Assembly (NCBI GenBank): GCA_964431075.1
Contig: CAYSID010000001.1
Span: 1 to 58,566 of the forward strand
Length of the DNA: 58,566 nt
Source of the DNA: an uncultured Gammaproteobacteria bacterium
Lineage (GTDB): Bacteria; Patescibacteriota; Microgenomatia; JAMCZE01
Direction of reading: 5' to 3'
Positions within the stretch are counted from its first letter, which is position 1; each line of letters opens with the position of its first letter. Shown one piece after another: positions 44,764-54,007 of the stretch. The notes below the pieces were generated by a model. That model was not told the DNA's origin. It searched no databases and saw nothing but the letters and a program-made list of their open reading frames with translations. A program made the translations under genes and the position numbers.

Positions 44764-45378
44764 CTAAAATCTAAACCAGCCTTGAAAAAATTTAATTACC
44801 TGATCCCAAACCGGCACCGGACCGGGCGGCGGTTCAGGAAGAGGAACGGGCGTATGAAAGGCTGTCGGTAATGGGGTTGGCCTCCCGGGCCTCCCAAACC
44901 GGTTACCTGGGGGAAGTTTCACCCCGGGTGTCGGTCTCGGAAGAGGGGTTACTGTTATCGGCGACGGCACCGGACTGGCCGGCGGCAAAATCGTCGGACA
45001 TCGCTTCAGAAGTTCCTCCCTGGTTTCCAAACACCAGTTAGCATCGGCCGGTTCGGCCATCATACATCGGGGGTTGGACATCAAACAGCAAGGTTTATAT
45101 GTACAAGCAACAGGAGAAGGCGCGGGAGTAACCGGCACCGGAACCAGCGTCGGCAACGGGCAAACTTCTACGCCATTAAAAAATCCGTCCGGACAATTTA
45201 GCCCCGGCGGACAAGGCTGGCACCCGTTGCCGTCATCAACCGGAGGCACTACCGAGACCGTCCTCGCCTTGTTGGTGAAAGAGGTTCCATTTTGGGTCAA
45301 AACCACCGCCGAACCAAGCCCTAGGATCATCAAGGAGAGAACGGCAACTCTCAACATATCACCAGTGTATTCCTCCAA
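44764..45378 (-). CDS. Secreted Pro/Cys-rich hypothetical protein
   Basis: 204 aa. N-terminal hydrophobic segment, 12 Cys in the first half, P-rich tracts (PVPVTPAPSP, PPASPVPSPITVTPLPRPTPG). Locally GC-rich. Confidence 0.55.
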   Translation of the reverse strand: MEEYTGDMLRVAVLSLMILGLGSAVVLTQNGTSFTNKARTVSVVPPVDDGNGCQPCPPGLNCPDGFFNGVEVCPLPTLVPVPVTPAPSPVACTYKPCCLMSNPRCMMAEPADANWCLETREELLKRCPTILPPASPVPSPITVTPLPRPTPGVKLPPGNRFGRPGRPTPLPTAFHTPVPLPEPPPGPVPVWDQVIKFFQGWFRF

Positions 45379-45397
45379 ATATTAACCTGTCAAGTGG

Positions 45398-45940
45398 CTA
45401 AACAGTCAAAAGTTCCTTTTCTTTTTGTTCGCCAAGGAGATCAATTTCGGCAATTATTTTATCGGTAACTTCCTGCAGTTCTTTTTCCAGCCGTTTTTTA
45501 GTGTCCTCGTCGTTGTCCGCATCTTTAATATTATCCATATACTTATGCCTTATTTGTCTTACCATCACTTTTCCGCCTTCCAATTTGGTGTGAACCAGTT
45601 TGACAAACTCCTCCCGCCGCTCCCGGGACAGCGGGGGGATTGTTACTCGAACAATATTTTCACTAATCGCGGGGGAAAATCCCATTCTCAACTCTTCAAT
45701 TGCCTTTAAAATCGGCACTGTGTTTGTCAAGTCAAACGGAGCAACAATTAAGGTTTGGGTGTCTGGGGCAGTTATGGAGGCCAGCTCCACTAACCGCATT
45801 TTGGTGCCATAAGCTTCAACTAGAAGACTTTCTAAAAGCTGGGGACTTGCTCTTCCGGTTCTTATTGTCGAGAGATCTTGCCGTACCTCCTCAACGGCTC
45901 TTTGCATTTCTCCCTTGGCAGTATTTATAATTTCATCCAT
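45398..45940 (-). CDS. frr: Ribosome recycling factor
   Basis: 180 aa. L..IRTGRASP.LL..L.VEAYG, IPPLSRERREE.VK. Confidence 0.92.
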   Translation of the reverse strand: MDEIINTAKGEMQRAVEEVRQDLSTIRTGRASPQLLESLLVEAYGTKMRLVELASITAPDTQTLIVAPFDLTNTVPILKAIEELRMGFSPAISENIVRVTIPPLSRERREEFVKLVHTKLEGGKVMVRQIRHKYMDNIKDADNDEDTKKRLEKELQEVTDKIIAEIDLLGEQKEKELLTV

Positions 45941-46374
45941 TGAAATTCGTTTATTCTAATATTTTCTCCAAGTTTCCCAACTGCGCTTTTAACCACGTTT
46001 TCGATCGTCTGGGAACCATCTCTAATGTACTCTTGTTTCAGTAAATCGTCAACCGTTTCCGGCTTCATTGAGACGATTTGCAGACAAATCTCTTTACCCA
46101 AATTATTAAAATCATCCGTTTTAGCCACAAAATCTGTTTCACAAAGCAACGATACTAAAACCCCGATTTTCCCGGTAGCGTGGACATAGGAAAAGACCTT
46201 CCCCTGATGGGTTTCCCTGCCGGCTTTTTTCTCCGCTTTTTCCAAACCCTTTCTCTTTAATAATTCCACGGCCTTATCTAGATCTTCTTTCGTTTCTTCC
46301 AAAACCGCACGACAGTCAGCGATTCCAGCCCCCGTTAACTCCCGAAGTTTTTTAATATTATCAATCGTTGCCAT
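45925..46374 (-). CDS. tsf: Elongation factor Ts (short form)
   Basis: Start at MATIDNIKKLRELTGAGIADCRAVLEE (46374), 4 nt after the rpsB stop. Confidence 0.88.
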   Translation of the reverse strand: MATIDNIKKLRELTGAGIADCRAVLEETKEDLDKAVELLKRKGLEKAEKKAGRETHQGKVFSYVHATGKIGVLVSLLCETDFVAKTDDFNNLGKEICLQIVSMKPETVDDLLKQEYIRDGSQTIENVVKSAVGKLGENIRINEFQWMKL

Positions 46375-46378
46375 AGCG

Positions 46379-47077
46379 TTATTCCGGCTTGTCCGGAATC
46401 GTCTGTAATTTTTTCCCTTCAATCCAACATTCTGCCAGATAATCCACAATTATTTTGACCGACCCGACGGCATCATCGTTAGCCGGAACAGGGAAATCAA
46501 CTTTATCCGGGTCAATATTAGTATCGCAAATAGCAATTATTTTAACTCCATTGGAAACAGCCTCCCGCACCGCTCCGGCAAACTTCTTGACATCGACCAG
46601 AAAGATAGCGTCAGGAATTTTTTCTAATCCTTGCAGTCCGCCATAAAGGACCAGCATCTTGTCCATTTTCCGTTTGGCCAACAGTTTCTCTTTTTTGGTA
46701 AAAGTGCTGTCTGAAATTTTTGATTCCAAATCCTTAATTCTGTCAAGATTCCTCTTCATTACCAAAAAGTTGGTCAAAAGACCGCCGGGCCACCGCAAAG
46801 CGAGGTAATAAACGCCGGCTTTTTTAGCCGCTTCAACAACGACTTCTGTTGTTTGTTTCTTGGCCCCAACAAAAATAATCGAGCCACCGGTTTTAGCAAG
46901 TTCAAACAAATATTTGCCTGCCGCTTCCAAACCGGCCTTAGTTTGGGCAAGGTCAATAACGTGGCTTCCCTCACGCTCGGTAAAGATATATTTTGCGGCT
47001 TTCGGGTACCACCGCGCCGTCTTGTGCCCAAAATGACACCCCGCTTCCAGTAAATCTTTAAGGGAAATGTCTTTCAT
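46379..47077 (-). CDS. rpsB: 30S ribosomal protein S2
   Basis: 232 aa. LLEAGCHFGHKTARWYPK...IF..R.G.HVIDL. Confidence 0.92.
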   Translation of the reverse strand: MKDISLKDLLEAGCHFGHKTARWYPKAAKYIFTEREGSHVIDLAQTKAGLEAAGKYLFELAKTGGSIIFVGAKKQTTEVVVEAAKKAGVYYLALRWPGGLLTNFLVMKRNLDRIKDLESKISDSTFTKKEKLLAKRKMDKMLVLYGGLQGLEKIPDAIFLVDVKKFAGAVREAVSNGVKIIAICDTNIDPDKVDFPVPANDDAVGSVKIIVDYLAECWIEGKKLQTIPDKPE

Positions 47078-47781
47078 TGGAGCGTATTGTACGCGGCTTG
47101 GACTAAATTCTCAAGTAGGCAAACGACGGTAACGGGACCGACGCCCCCGGGAACGGGGGTATAAGCGCCGGCAATTTCATATGCCTCGCTATTTATCTCC
47201 GGCTTCGGTGATCCGCAATCAATTAGAACGGCGCCTTTTTTAACCATGTCCTTTTGAATTAAATTCGGTACTCCCGTCGCCGTTACTAAAACATCAGCTT
47301 GTAAAGTTTGCTCTTTTAAATTTTTAGTAAATTCATCACACTTTATAACTTTATAACCTTTAGACTTTAAAAACTCATATAATGGTTTTCCAACCAACCG
47401 TCCTTGGCCAACTACTACCCATACTCCCTTCACACCCCCTACAACCCTCAAGACCGCCTTTACTGTTGCCGGCAAAAACGGCGAATTTTCCCTCAACCCA
47501 TCAACATCTTTGTCCAAGGGAATTTTTTCTATCAAATCTTCACCGCCCGGTAATTGCACGATAATTCCATCATATTTATCAACATTTTCGACTTTTTCAA
47601 CTATTTCAACTTTAATTCCCAATTCTTTTGCTTTTTTGACTTTTAAACTAACATAAATTTTGCTTGCCGGGTCATCTCCCACTAAAACAACCGCTAAGTT
47701 TGGCCTTTTTTTTAAACTTTGAACTTTTAACTTTAAACCGTCAACAATTTCGTTTGCAATTTTTTTGCCGTCAATGATCAT
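47074..47781 (-). CDS. folD: Bifunctional methylenetetrahydrofolate dehydrogenase/cyclohydrolase FolD (short)
   Basis: 235 aa. IIDGKKIA, LAVVLVGDDPAS.IYV..K.K.A.E.GI, PGGVGP.T. Confidence 0.85.
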   Translation of the reverse strand: MIIDGKKIANEIVDGLKLKVQSLKKRPNLAVVLVGDDPASKIYVSLKVKKAKELGIKVEIVEKVENVDKYDGIIVQLPGGEDLIEKIPLDKDVDGLRENSPFLPATVKAVLRVVGGVKGVWVVVGQGRLVGKPLYEFLKSKGYKVIKCDEFTKNLKEQTLQADVLVTATGVPNLIQKDMVKKGAVLIDCGSPKPEINSEAYEIAGAYTPVPGGVGPVTVVCLLENLVQAAYNTLQ

Positions 47782-48983
47782 ATTGGAAACTTTTTACACA
47801 ACCCCAAAACATCCTTTTTAATTTTTGAAATCGGTAGGCGATCAAAAATCACCTCGGCAATTGCTTTGCCAATTATTTTCATCTCCGGCTCCTTCATTCC
47901 GCGGGTGGTCACGGCGGGAGTTCCCAACCGAATACCCGAAGTTATGGCCGGCGGTTGGGGATCGTTCGGCACGGCATTTTTATTTGTGACAATCCCCGCT
48001 TCTTCTAATTTTTCTGCAATTTCCTTGCCGGATAAATTTAATTTTCGCAAGTCAATAACCATCAAATGATTATCTGTGCCGCCGGAGACCAGATCTAAAT
48101 TATTTTTTAATAAAACTTCGGACAAAACTTTTGCATTCTTAACAATTTGTTTCCCATATTTTTGAAATTTGGAATTTTGAGCTGCCTGCAATGCGATAGC
48201 TATTCCAGCGATCGTGTTCATATGCGGCCCGCCCTGAAGCCCCGGAAACACCGCCCTATCAATTTTTTTAGCAATTTCTTCATTATTGGTCATAAGAATT
48301 GCCCCCCGCGGCCCGCGTAAAGTTTTGTGAGTGGTAGTCATGATTACATCGGCATACCCGACCGGCGAAGGATGAACTCCGGCAACCACCAATCCGGCAA
48401 TGTGAGAAATATCGGCCAACAAATAAGCCCCAACGCTGTCGGCAATTTCTTTAAACTTTTTAAAATCCAAAACTCGCGGATAGGAAGTTGTCCCCGCCAC
48501 TAAAATCTGCGGCTTTTCCAACTTAACCAATTTTTCTAATTTCTCAAAATCTATCTTTCCGTCTTCTTCAACCGTATATTGAACGGAATTATAAAATTTT
48601 CCGGAAAAAGTAATTTTGGGATGGCCGTGGGTTAAATGACCGCCGGATGATAAAGCCATTCCCATAATCTTATCTCCCGGATTTAACAGGGCAAAATAAA
48701 CGGCGGTGTTAGCCGGGGAACCAGAATAAGGTTGGACATTGGCAAACTTAACCCCGAACAATTTTTTCGCCCTGTCGATTGCGAGTTGTTCAACTTGATC
48801 AACGAATTTATTTCCTTGGTAATATCTTTTTTGAGGGTACCCCTCCGCATATTTATTTCCTAAACACGACCCCGCTGCCTTTGCCACTGCCGGGGAAACA
48901 TAATTTTCCGAAGGGATTAAAGTTATTGTCTCACTCTGTCGCCGGGACTCGTCCTGGATTAATTTGAACAGCGGATCCTGCAT
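47778..48983 (-). CDS. glyA: Serine hydroxymethyltransferase
   Basis: 401 aa. LIPSENYVS, PLP-lysine context TTTHKTLRGPRG. Confidence 0.93.
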   Translation of the reverse strand: MQDPLFKLIQDESRRQSETITLIPSENYVSPAVAKAAGSCLGNKYAEGYPQKRYYQGNKFVDQVEQLAIDRAKKLFGVKFANVQPYSGSPANTAVYFALLNPGDKIMGMALSSGGHLTHGHPKITFSGKFYNSVQYTVEEDGKIDFEKLEKLVKLEKPQILVAGTTSYPRVLDFKKFKEIADSVGAYLLADISHIAGLVVAGVHPSPVGYADVIMTTTHKTLRGPRGAILMTNNEEIAKKIDRAVFPGLQGGPHMNTIAGIAIALQAAQNSKFQKYGKQIVKNAKVLSEVLLKNNLDLVSGGTDNHLMVIDLRKLNLSGKEIAEKLEEAGIVTNKNAVPNDPQPPAITSGIRLGTPAVTTRGMKEPEMKIIGKAIAEVIFDRLPISKIKKDVLGLCKKFPI

Positions 48984-50286
48984 CCATCGATTTTACCATA
49001 GGAACAGGATAATTGTTCTGACTATTGCCAAAAGCCAAAATAAAAATGGTAAAAAAGAGAGATAAAAACACAATGGTGCTAATAAAAGCCGTTAGCCCGA
49101 CAGCCCAACCACGTTTTACTCCCAAAACGATACCGGGCAAAAACAGCAGTAATCCATATATGGCGAAAGAAATAATGGCCAAAAAAATTCCTGTTATTAA
49201 ATTAAATCTTGAAAATGCCATTTCCCTATAACCTAAAGAATACGAGGAATTTTGTGTTAAAAACCATAATAAAAATGTGTACCCTGAAATTACCGCCGCA
49301 GCGGAAAAACCGATCATTCCTGCCAAAACAAAATTGTTTTTGGCAAATAATTTTCCAATCAATCCAATAATTCCAATAAGACCAATTAATCCAATTAGTC
49401 CAATTACCAATTCTTTCCAATAATTCTTCCAATTGGCATCGGCGTAAGAACCGGTGGTGGAATAAGATTCTAAAGGCATTAAATTGGAAGCGGTTTTATT
49501 AATCTGCCCCCAACCAATTTGCTGATAAAAACTATCAAATTGAGCATTGGGAACCGCCATCCCCTTATCCGCCATCATCGGCGCCATTTCAAATCTGTAA
49601 TTAACATTGCTTCGTTGCCCGCGCAATATCAGGTCTGAATCCGTGCTAATCCCAACGGTCAAATTTCTTATTTTGTCATTGACTTTTAAAGTTTCAAAAG
49701 TGTAGTCAAATCCGCCGATTAAATTCTTTCTGGCAAAACCAAATCCGCGAAAATAAAGTAAATAACTACCCGATCCTCCTGGCTTAATAGGTTGGGGCAA
49801 CATAACACTTAGGGTGTCTCCTTCATAAACCGAGGTGGCTTTTTGGTATTTCGCCTGCCCCCACATTTGATAATAATCCGGCTCCTGAAATTGTATGCAG
49901 TTTTTTATTTCCCCCACATCCCCTAATACCCCGATTTCCCTTACTCCCCCAATACAATACTTTTCTTTTACAACTTGATACGCAAAAATATCGGTGGGAT
50001 TTATTTTTGGAACCCGTAAATCAATCTTGGAAATTGGGGTCTCAGAGTTATTGGTCAAAATTGCTTTAAGGGAAACAACCGCTTCCCCGTTGCCGCGAAA
50101 CGAAACGGAATAATAGTGATCCTGCCCGAAAATATTCGGAATTTGTTGTGGCGCAATATAATCCGGCGGCATTGGAGCAATGGCCGATTGACCGGTCACC
50201 ATCGTTGGCGTTGTGTCAATCATAACCGCTTTAACCGTCGCCGGCATCATGAGGACAATTAAAATAATTACAACAAAGTTCTTCAC
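48931..50286 (-). CDS. Hypothetical membrane protein (signal peptide, large extracytoplasmic domain, C-terminal multi-pass region)
   Basis: 451 aa. No family recognised. Contains a 9-bp tandem repeat encoding LIGLIGLIGIIGLIG. Confidence 0.6.
   Translation of the reverse strand: MKNFVVIILIVLMMPATVKAVMIDTTPTMVTGQSAIAPMPPDYIAPQQIPNIFGQDHYYSVSFRGNGEAVVSLKAILTNNSETPISKIDLRVPKINPTDIFAYQVVKEKYCIGGVREIGVLGDVGEIKNCIQFQEPDYYQMWGQAKYQKATSVYEGDTLSVMLPQPIKPGGSGSYLLYFRGFGFARKNLIGGFDYTFETLKVNDKIRNLTVGISTDSDLILRGQRSNVNYRFEMAPMMADKGMAVPNAQFDSFYQQIGWGQINKTASNLMPLESYSTTGSYADANWKNYWKELVIGLIGLIGLIGIIGLIGKLFAKNNFVLAGMIGFSAAAVISGYTFLLWFLTQNSSYSLGYREMAFSRFNLITGIFLAIISFAIYGLLLFLPGIVLGVKRGWAVGLTAFISTIVFLSLFFTIFILAFGNSQNNYPVPMVKSMDAGSAVQINPGRVPATE
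49355..49408. repeat. Six imperfect tandem 9-bp units (CCAATNANT) in coding sequence
   Basis: CCAATCAAT CCAATAATT CCAATAAGA CCAATTAAT CCAATTAGT CCAATTACC, read directly. Encodes a (L/I)IG-repeat TM helix. Confidence 0.85.
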
Positions 50287-50899
50287 TTATAATTTTATAC
50301 ACCCTTTCAGACACCTCGTCAACCGAACCATCACCGTCTACAACTCTAACAATTTTTTTATATTTTTCAGCCACTTCTAAGTACCCGTTTCTTACCTTAA
50401 TAAAAAATGGTTTTTTAAAACTCTCGAACTTGTCTCCTGCTTGGTCTTTGGCTCTTCTTAACGCAGTATCAATTTTTGTATCGATAAAAAGAACCATGTC
50501 AGGCCAAAGATTATCGATTGCTGATTCATTTATTTTTAACACTAAATCAAGGCCTAGACCTCGACCGAACCCTTGGTAGGCCATACTTGTGAAAAACGAT
50601 CTGTCCGAAATCATAATTCCCCCGCGTTTTAAAACCGGAGCAACTATTTTTCTTAAGGTCTGTGCTCTTGACGCCGCGTAAAGATACTGTTCGCAAATCG
50701 GTTCCATTTCTTCATCGAAGGGGGTCACTTGGACAACTTTTCTTATTTCCTGGGCAATCTCTGTTCCCCCCGGTTCTTTTGTCCAGACAATTTCCTTTTT
50801 GGGAAATTCTTGTTTGAGTTTTTCAAAAAGTATTTTGCTCTGTGTAGTCTTTCCGCAACCGACGATCCCTTCAAAAACAAGATAAAATCCTTTTCTCAT
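50231..50899 (-). CDS. tmk: Thymidylate kinase
   Basis: 222 aa. FEGIVGCGKTTQ P-loop and DRSFFTS.AYQG. Confidence 0.88.
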   Translation of the reverse strand: MRKGFYLVFEGIVGCGKTTQSKILFEKLKQEFPKKEIVWTKEPGGTEIAQEIRKVVQVTPFDEEMEPICEQYLYAASRAQTLRKIVAPVLKRGGIMISDRSFFTSMAYQGFGRGLGLDLVLKINESAIDNLWPDMVLFIDTKIDTALRRAKDQAGDKFESFKKPFFIKVRNGYLEVAEKYKKIVRVVDGDGSVDEVSERVYKIISEELCCNYFNCPHDAGDG

Positions 50900-50944
50900 G
50901 CTTATTATCTTTCTAAATTACCAGTTTTAATTTATAATTTAAAG

Positions 50945-52666
50945 ATGCAAACGAAGTGGGATTTGACACAGTTTTATAAATCAATTAATGATCCGAAGAT
51001 CGAAGAGGATAAAAAGGTGGTTTTGGAAAAGGCCAGAGAGTTTGCGGCGAAGTGGCGGGGCCGAATGGACTATCTTTCTGACCCAGTCATTTTAAAAGAA
51101 GCCCTTGACGATTATTGCGAGTTTTGCAAACTTTATGCCAACGGCGGCAACCCCTATTATTACTTAAAATTAGCAAACACTCTCGATCAAATTAACCCCT
51201 TTTTAAAAGCCAAGGTAAATAAAGTTTCGGAACTGGCCATAGAGGTTCAAAACATTACGCAATTTTTTGAATTATCTTTAGCAAATATCAAATTTGACAA
51301 ATATGACCAATTCGATAAATATTCCCATTTTCTGGGAAAAATCGTTCGGCAAAAACCTCATTTGCTATCGGATAAAGAAGAAAAAATCATGAATTTAAAA
51401 TCCCTTCCCGCTTACGATTTCTGGGTCGAAATGACTGAAAAATTTTTATCCCGGGAAAATATTTCCGTTTTGCAATCGCAGATGACAGACAAAAACAAAA
51501 AAATTCGTGTCGCCGCGGCAAAGAAATTTACTAAAATTATGGAAAAATATTCCGATGTCGCCGAGCATGAATTAAATGCGATTCTACAAGATAAAAAGAC
51601 TAACGATGATCTTAGGCGCTATGATCGGCCGGATAAATCAAGACATTTGACTGATGATATTGAATCCGAAATCGTCGATACCTTAGTTAAAACCGTTTCC
51701 GCAAATTTTAATATTTCTCATAATTATTACAAACTAAAAACCAAAATTTTAGGCATTAAAAAACTGAATTATTATGAACGCAACATGCCGGTTGGCAAAT
51801 TTAATAAAAAATTTACTCTTGAAGAAACAACGAATTTAATAACTAAAACTTTTGGCAAAATTGATCCAGAATTTCAAGAAATATTTTTAAAATTATTAAA
51901 ATGTGGGCAAATAGATTTTTTGCCGAAGAAAGGCAAAGTTTCCGGCGCCGCCTGCTGGCATAATTTGGTTTCCCAACCGACATTTTTATTTCAAAATTTT
52001 ACCGGTAAGCTTCGCGATATTACTACTCTTGCTCACGAAATGGGGCATGCCATAAATAATGAATTAATTCGCGAAAAGCAAAACGCTTTAAACTTTGGGA
52101 CCCCAATATCAACAGCGGAAGTGGCGTCAACCTTCTTCGAGGACTTTATTATTCAGGAGATTTTAAAAACAGCATCGTCAAAAGCAAAACTTTCTATTCT
52201 TATGGAAAAACTCGATGATGATATCTCCACCATTTTTAGACAAGTAGCTCTTTATAATTTTGAGACTGAACTGCATAAGACTTTTAGAGAAAAAGGTTAT
52301 TTATCAAAAGATGAAATTAACAAACTATTTGTTAAACACATGAAATCCTATTGCGGCGCGGCGGTAGAAGTTGACAAGGGGGCTTTAAATTGGTGGGTCT
52401 ACTGGTCTCACATCCGCTACTATTTTTATGTCTACTCCTACGCCGGCGGCCTTTTAATTTCCAAAAATTTACAAGACAAAATAAGAAATGATCCAAAATT
52501 TATTTCCAATGTCAAAGAATTTTTAGGGGCCGGTCTTTCAGAATCTCCCAAAAACATTTTCGCCAAACTGGGAATTGATATCGGTGATCCGAACTTTTGG
52601 CAAACAGGAATTGATGAAGTAAAAGCCCTGTTACAACAAGCTAAAAACCTCTATTCTAACCAATAA
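50945..52666 (+). CDS. pepF: M3-family oligoendopeptidase F
   Basis: Start at MQTKWDLTQFYKS (50945). HEMGHAI zinc motif. About 574 aa. Confidence 0.85.
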   Translation: MQTKWDLTQFYKSINDPKIEEDKKVVLEKAREFAAKWRGRMDYLSDPVILKEALDDYCEFCKLYANGGNPYYYLKLANTLDQINPFLKAKVNKVSELAIEVQNITQFFELSLANIKFDKYDQFDKYSHFLGKIVRQKPHLLSDKEEKIMNLKSLPAYDFWVEMTEKFLSRENISVLQSQMTDKNKKIRVAAAKKFTKIMEKYSDVAEHELNAILQDKKTNDDLRRYDRPDKSRHLTDDIESEIVDTLVKTVSANFNISHNYYKLKTKILGIKKLNYYERNMPVGKFNKKFTLEETTNLITKTFGKIDPEFQEIFLKLLKCGQIDFLPKKGKVSGAACWHNLVSQPTFLFQNFTGKLRDITTLAHEMGHAINNELIREKQNALNFGTPISTAEVASTFFEDFIIQEILKTASSKAKLSILMEKLDDDISTIFRQVALYNFETELHKTFREKGYLSKDEINKLFVKHMKSYCGAAVEVDKGALNWWVYWSHIRYYFYVYSYAGGLLISKNLQDKIRNDPKFISNVKEFLGAGLSESPKNIFAKLGIDIGDPNFWQTGIDEVKALLQQAKNLYSNQ

Positions 52667-52744
52667 TCCGCACGTGCGTAATTTTGGTTAATTATTACTA
52701 ATAATAAGCACGTGCTAAAGATTTGTTATGCTATATTTAAAAGC

Positions 52745-53209
52745 ATGAAAGTCTCGGCGGGGCTGCTTATGTATCAAAAAGTTCCAGCGGCGGGCAAGGT
52801 GACGGCCCAGGTTTTTCTTGTGCATTTTGGCGGACCGTTTTGGAAAAATAAAGACAACGGTGCTTGGCATATTCCGAAAGGGCTTATTGAACCTGACGAA
52901 AATATATTGGTATGTGCAATACGGGAGTTTTGTGAAGAAACCAGCTTCGAAAGAGGACCTCTTGCGAATTCAATTTTTAGAGATCTTGGATTTGTTGAGT
53001 ATAACAACAAAAAGGTCTATTGTTTCGCTTTCGAAAGCGATCTACCCAAAGACTTTGTTTTTAAAAGTAATAAAATCTCCACAAGGCTGCCTGCCGGCAG
53101 GCAGGGCTGGCCGGAAAATGATCGCGGGCAATTTTTTCCAATTGACGAAGCGATGTTAAAAATCCTCCCCGCGCAAAAAGTGTTTTTGGAGAGATTAGTA
53201 AATTTATAG
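52745..53209 (+). CDS. NUDIX hydrolase (COG4112-like)
   Basis: Start at MKVSAGLLMY. FGGPFW..KD.GAW.IPKG and AIREFCEETSF. Contains the GC palindrome at 53087..53104. Confidence 0.75.
   Translation: MKVSAGLLMYQKVPAAGKVTAQVFLVHFGGPFWKNKDNGAWHIPKGLIEPDENILVCAIREFCEETSFERGPLANSIFRDLGFVEYNNKKVYCFAFESDLPKDFVFKSNKISTRLPAGRQGWPENDRGQFFPIDEAMLKILPAQKVFLERLVNL
53087..53104. repeat. 18-bp palindrome CTGCCTGCCGGCAGGCAG inside the NUDIX coding sequence
   Basis: Read directly. Translated as LPAGRQG. The 16-bp core is identical to the copy in proS. Confidence 0.9.
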
Positions 53210-53575
53210 TTTCTTTGCCAACCTTAATTGTTCTACTATAAACCTCGTCCCATCGGACAATTTTAAATCTTCTGGGCTTTCACTCCACATGATTTTTTCA
53301 ATTTCATGGCCTGGTATTGGTCGATCTAACAGTTCGGCTTCATAGCAACAACACAACATTCTCTTTCCGCTCGTTGGTGTTTTTATTTCAAATTTTATAA
53401 ATAGTTCTCAGAAACTAATTCGAGAATTCATTTCTTCTAACGCCTCTCTCTGTACATTCTTGATGCGTTTCCCCATCTTCCAATTTTCCCCCAACGGAGT
53501 CCAAACACCATTATTGCTAAGGGTTAACAGCATTTGACCATTTTTAATTATAATTAATCCAATTACTTTTTTCAT
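53204..53575 (-). pseudogene. Decayed NUDIX hydrolase gene (in-frame TGA plus two compensating frameshifts across the Nudix box)
   Basis: Hand translation: MKKVIGLIIIKNGQMLLTLSNNGVWTP, then the Nudix box GGKLEDGETHQECTER is readable only in another frame, and the frame returns at EALEE. In-frame TGA at 53408..53410. 372 nt in total, convergent with the intact NUDIX gene. Confidence 0.7.
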
Positions 53576-53581
53576 TTTGTG

Positions 53582-54007
53582 CTATTGTCCTGTTGTCCCG
53601 AAGCCGCCTCTGGAAATTATTTCCATTTTTTCTACCTCTAAAAATTTTGCTTGAGAAATTTTAACTAAAATTCCTTGCGCGATGCGCCATCCCCGCTCGA
53701 GATGGACTGTTTTGGTTCCAATATTAACAACCTGAACCCGAAGTTCGTCCTCTTCCCCGCAATAATCCTGATCAACAACTCCGGCGGAAATAATTAAATT
53801 ATATTTTGATGTCGTGGAACTTCGGGGGGCGATCCATAAAAAGTGGCCTTTGGGGATTTTAATCCCGATTCCTGTGGGAACTAATTTAACCTCTTTTGGT
53901 TTAATTACTTCGGCATTTCTGACGTACAGATCAAAGGCAACCGATCCGGCGGTTTTGTATTCCGGTATCGGCAAACCTTGGTCAAACCTTTTTATTTTGA
54001 TTTTCAT
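53582..54007 (-). CDS. dut: dUTP diphosphatase
   Basis: 141 aa. AGSVAFDLY, GVVDQDY and C-terminal RGGFGTTG. Confidence 0.88.
   Translation of the reverse strand: MKIKIKRFDQGLPIPEYKTAGSVAFDLYVRNAEVIKPKEVKLVPTGIGIKIPKGHFLWIAPRSSTTSKYNLIISAGVVDQDYCGEEDELRVQVVNIGTKTVHLERGWRIAQGILVKISQAKFLEVEKMEIISRGGFGTTGQ

Noticed and set aside
48160-48182. TTTGAAATTTGGAATTTTGA in glyA, encoding AQNSKFQKY, looked like a third member of the GAATTT heptamer arrays.
   Set aside because: It is not an exact tandem array. The peptide aligns with the normal SHMT segment (…A..P.FK.Y…), so it is probably native sequence.
53408-53410. An in-frame TGA in a NUDIX-like frame raised the possibility of an alternative genetic code (TGA as a sense codon, as in some uncultivated lineages).
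   Set aside because: All recognisable housekeeping genes in the window are full-length under the standard code, and at least one ORF (31718..31942) ends with TGA. The same locus also carries frameshifts, so a pseudogene is the simpler explanation.
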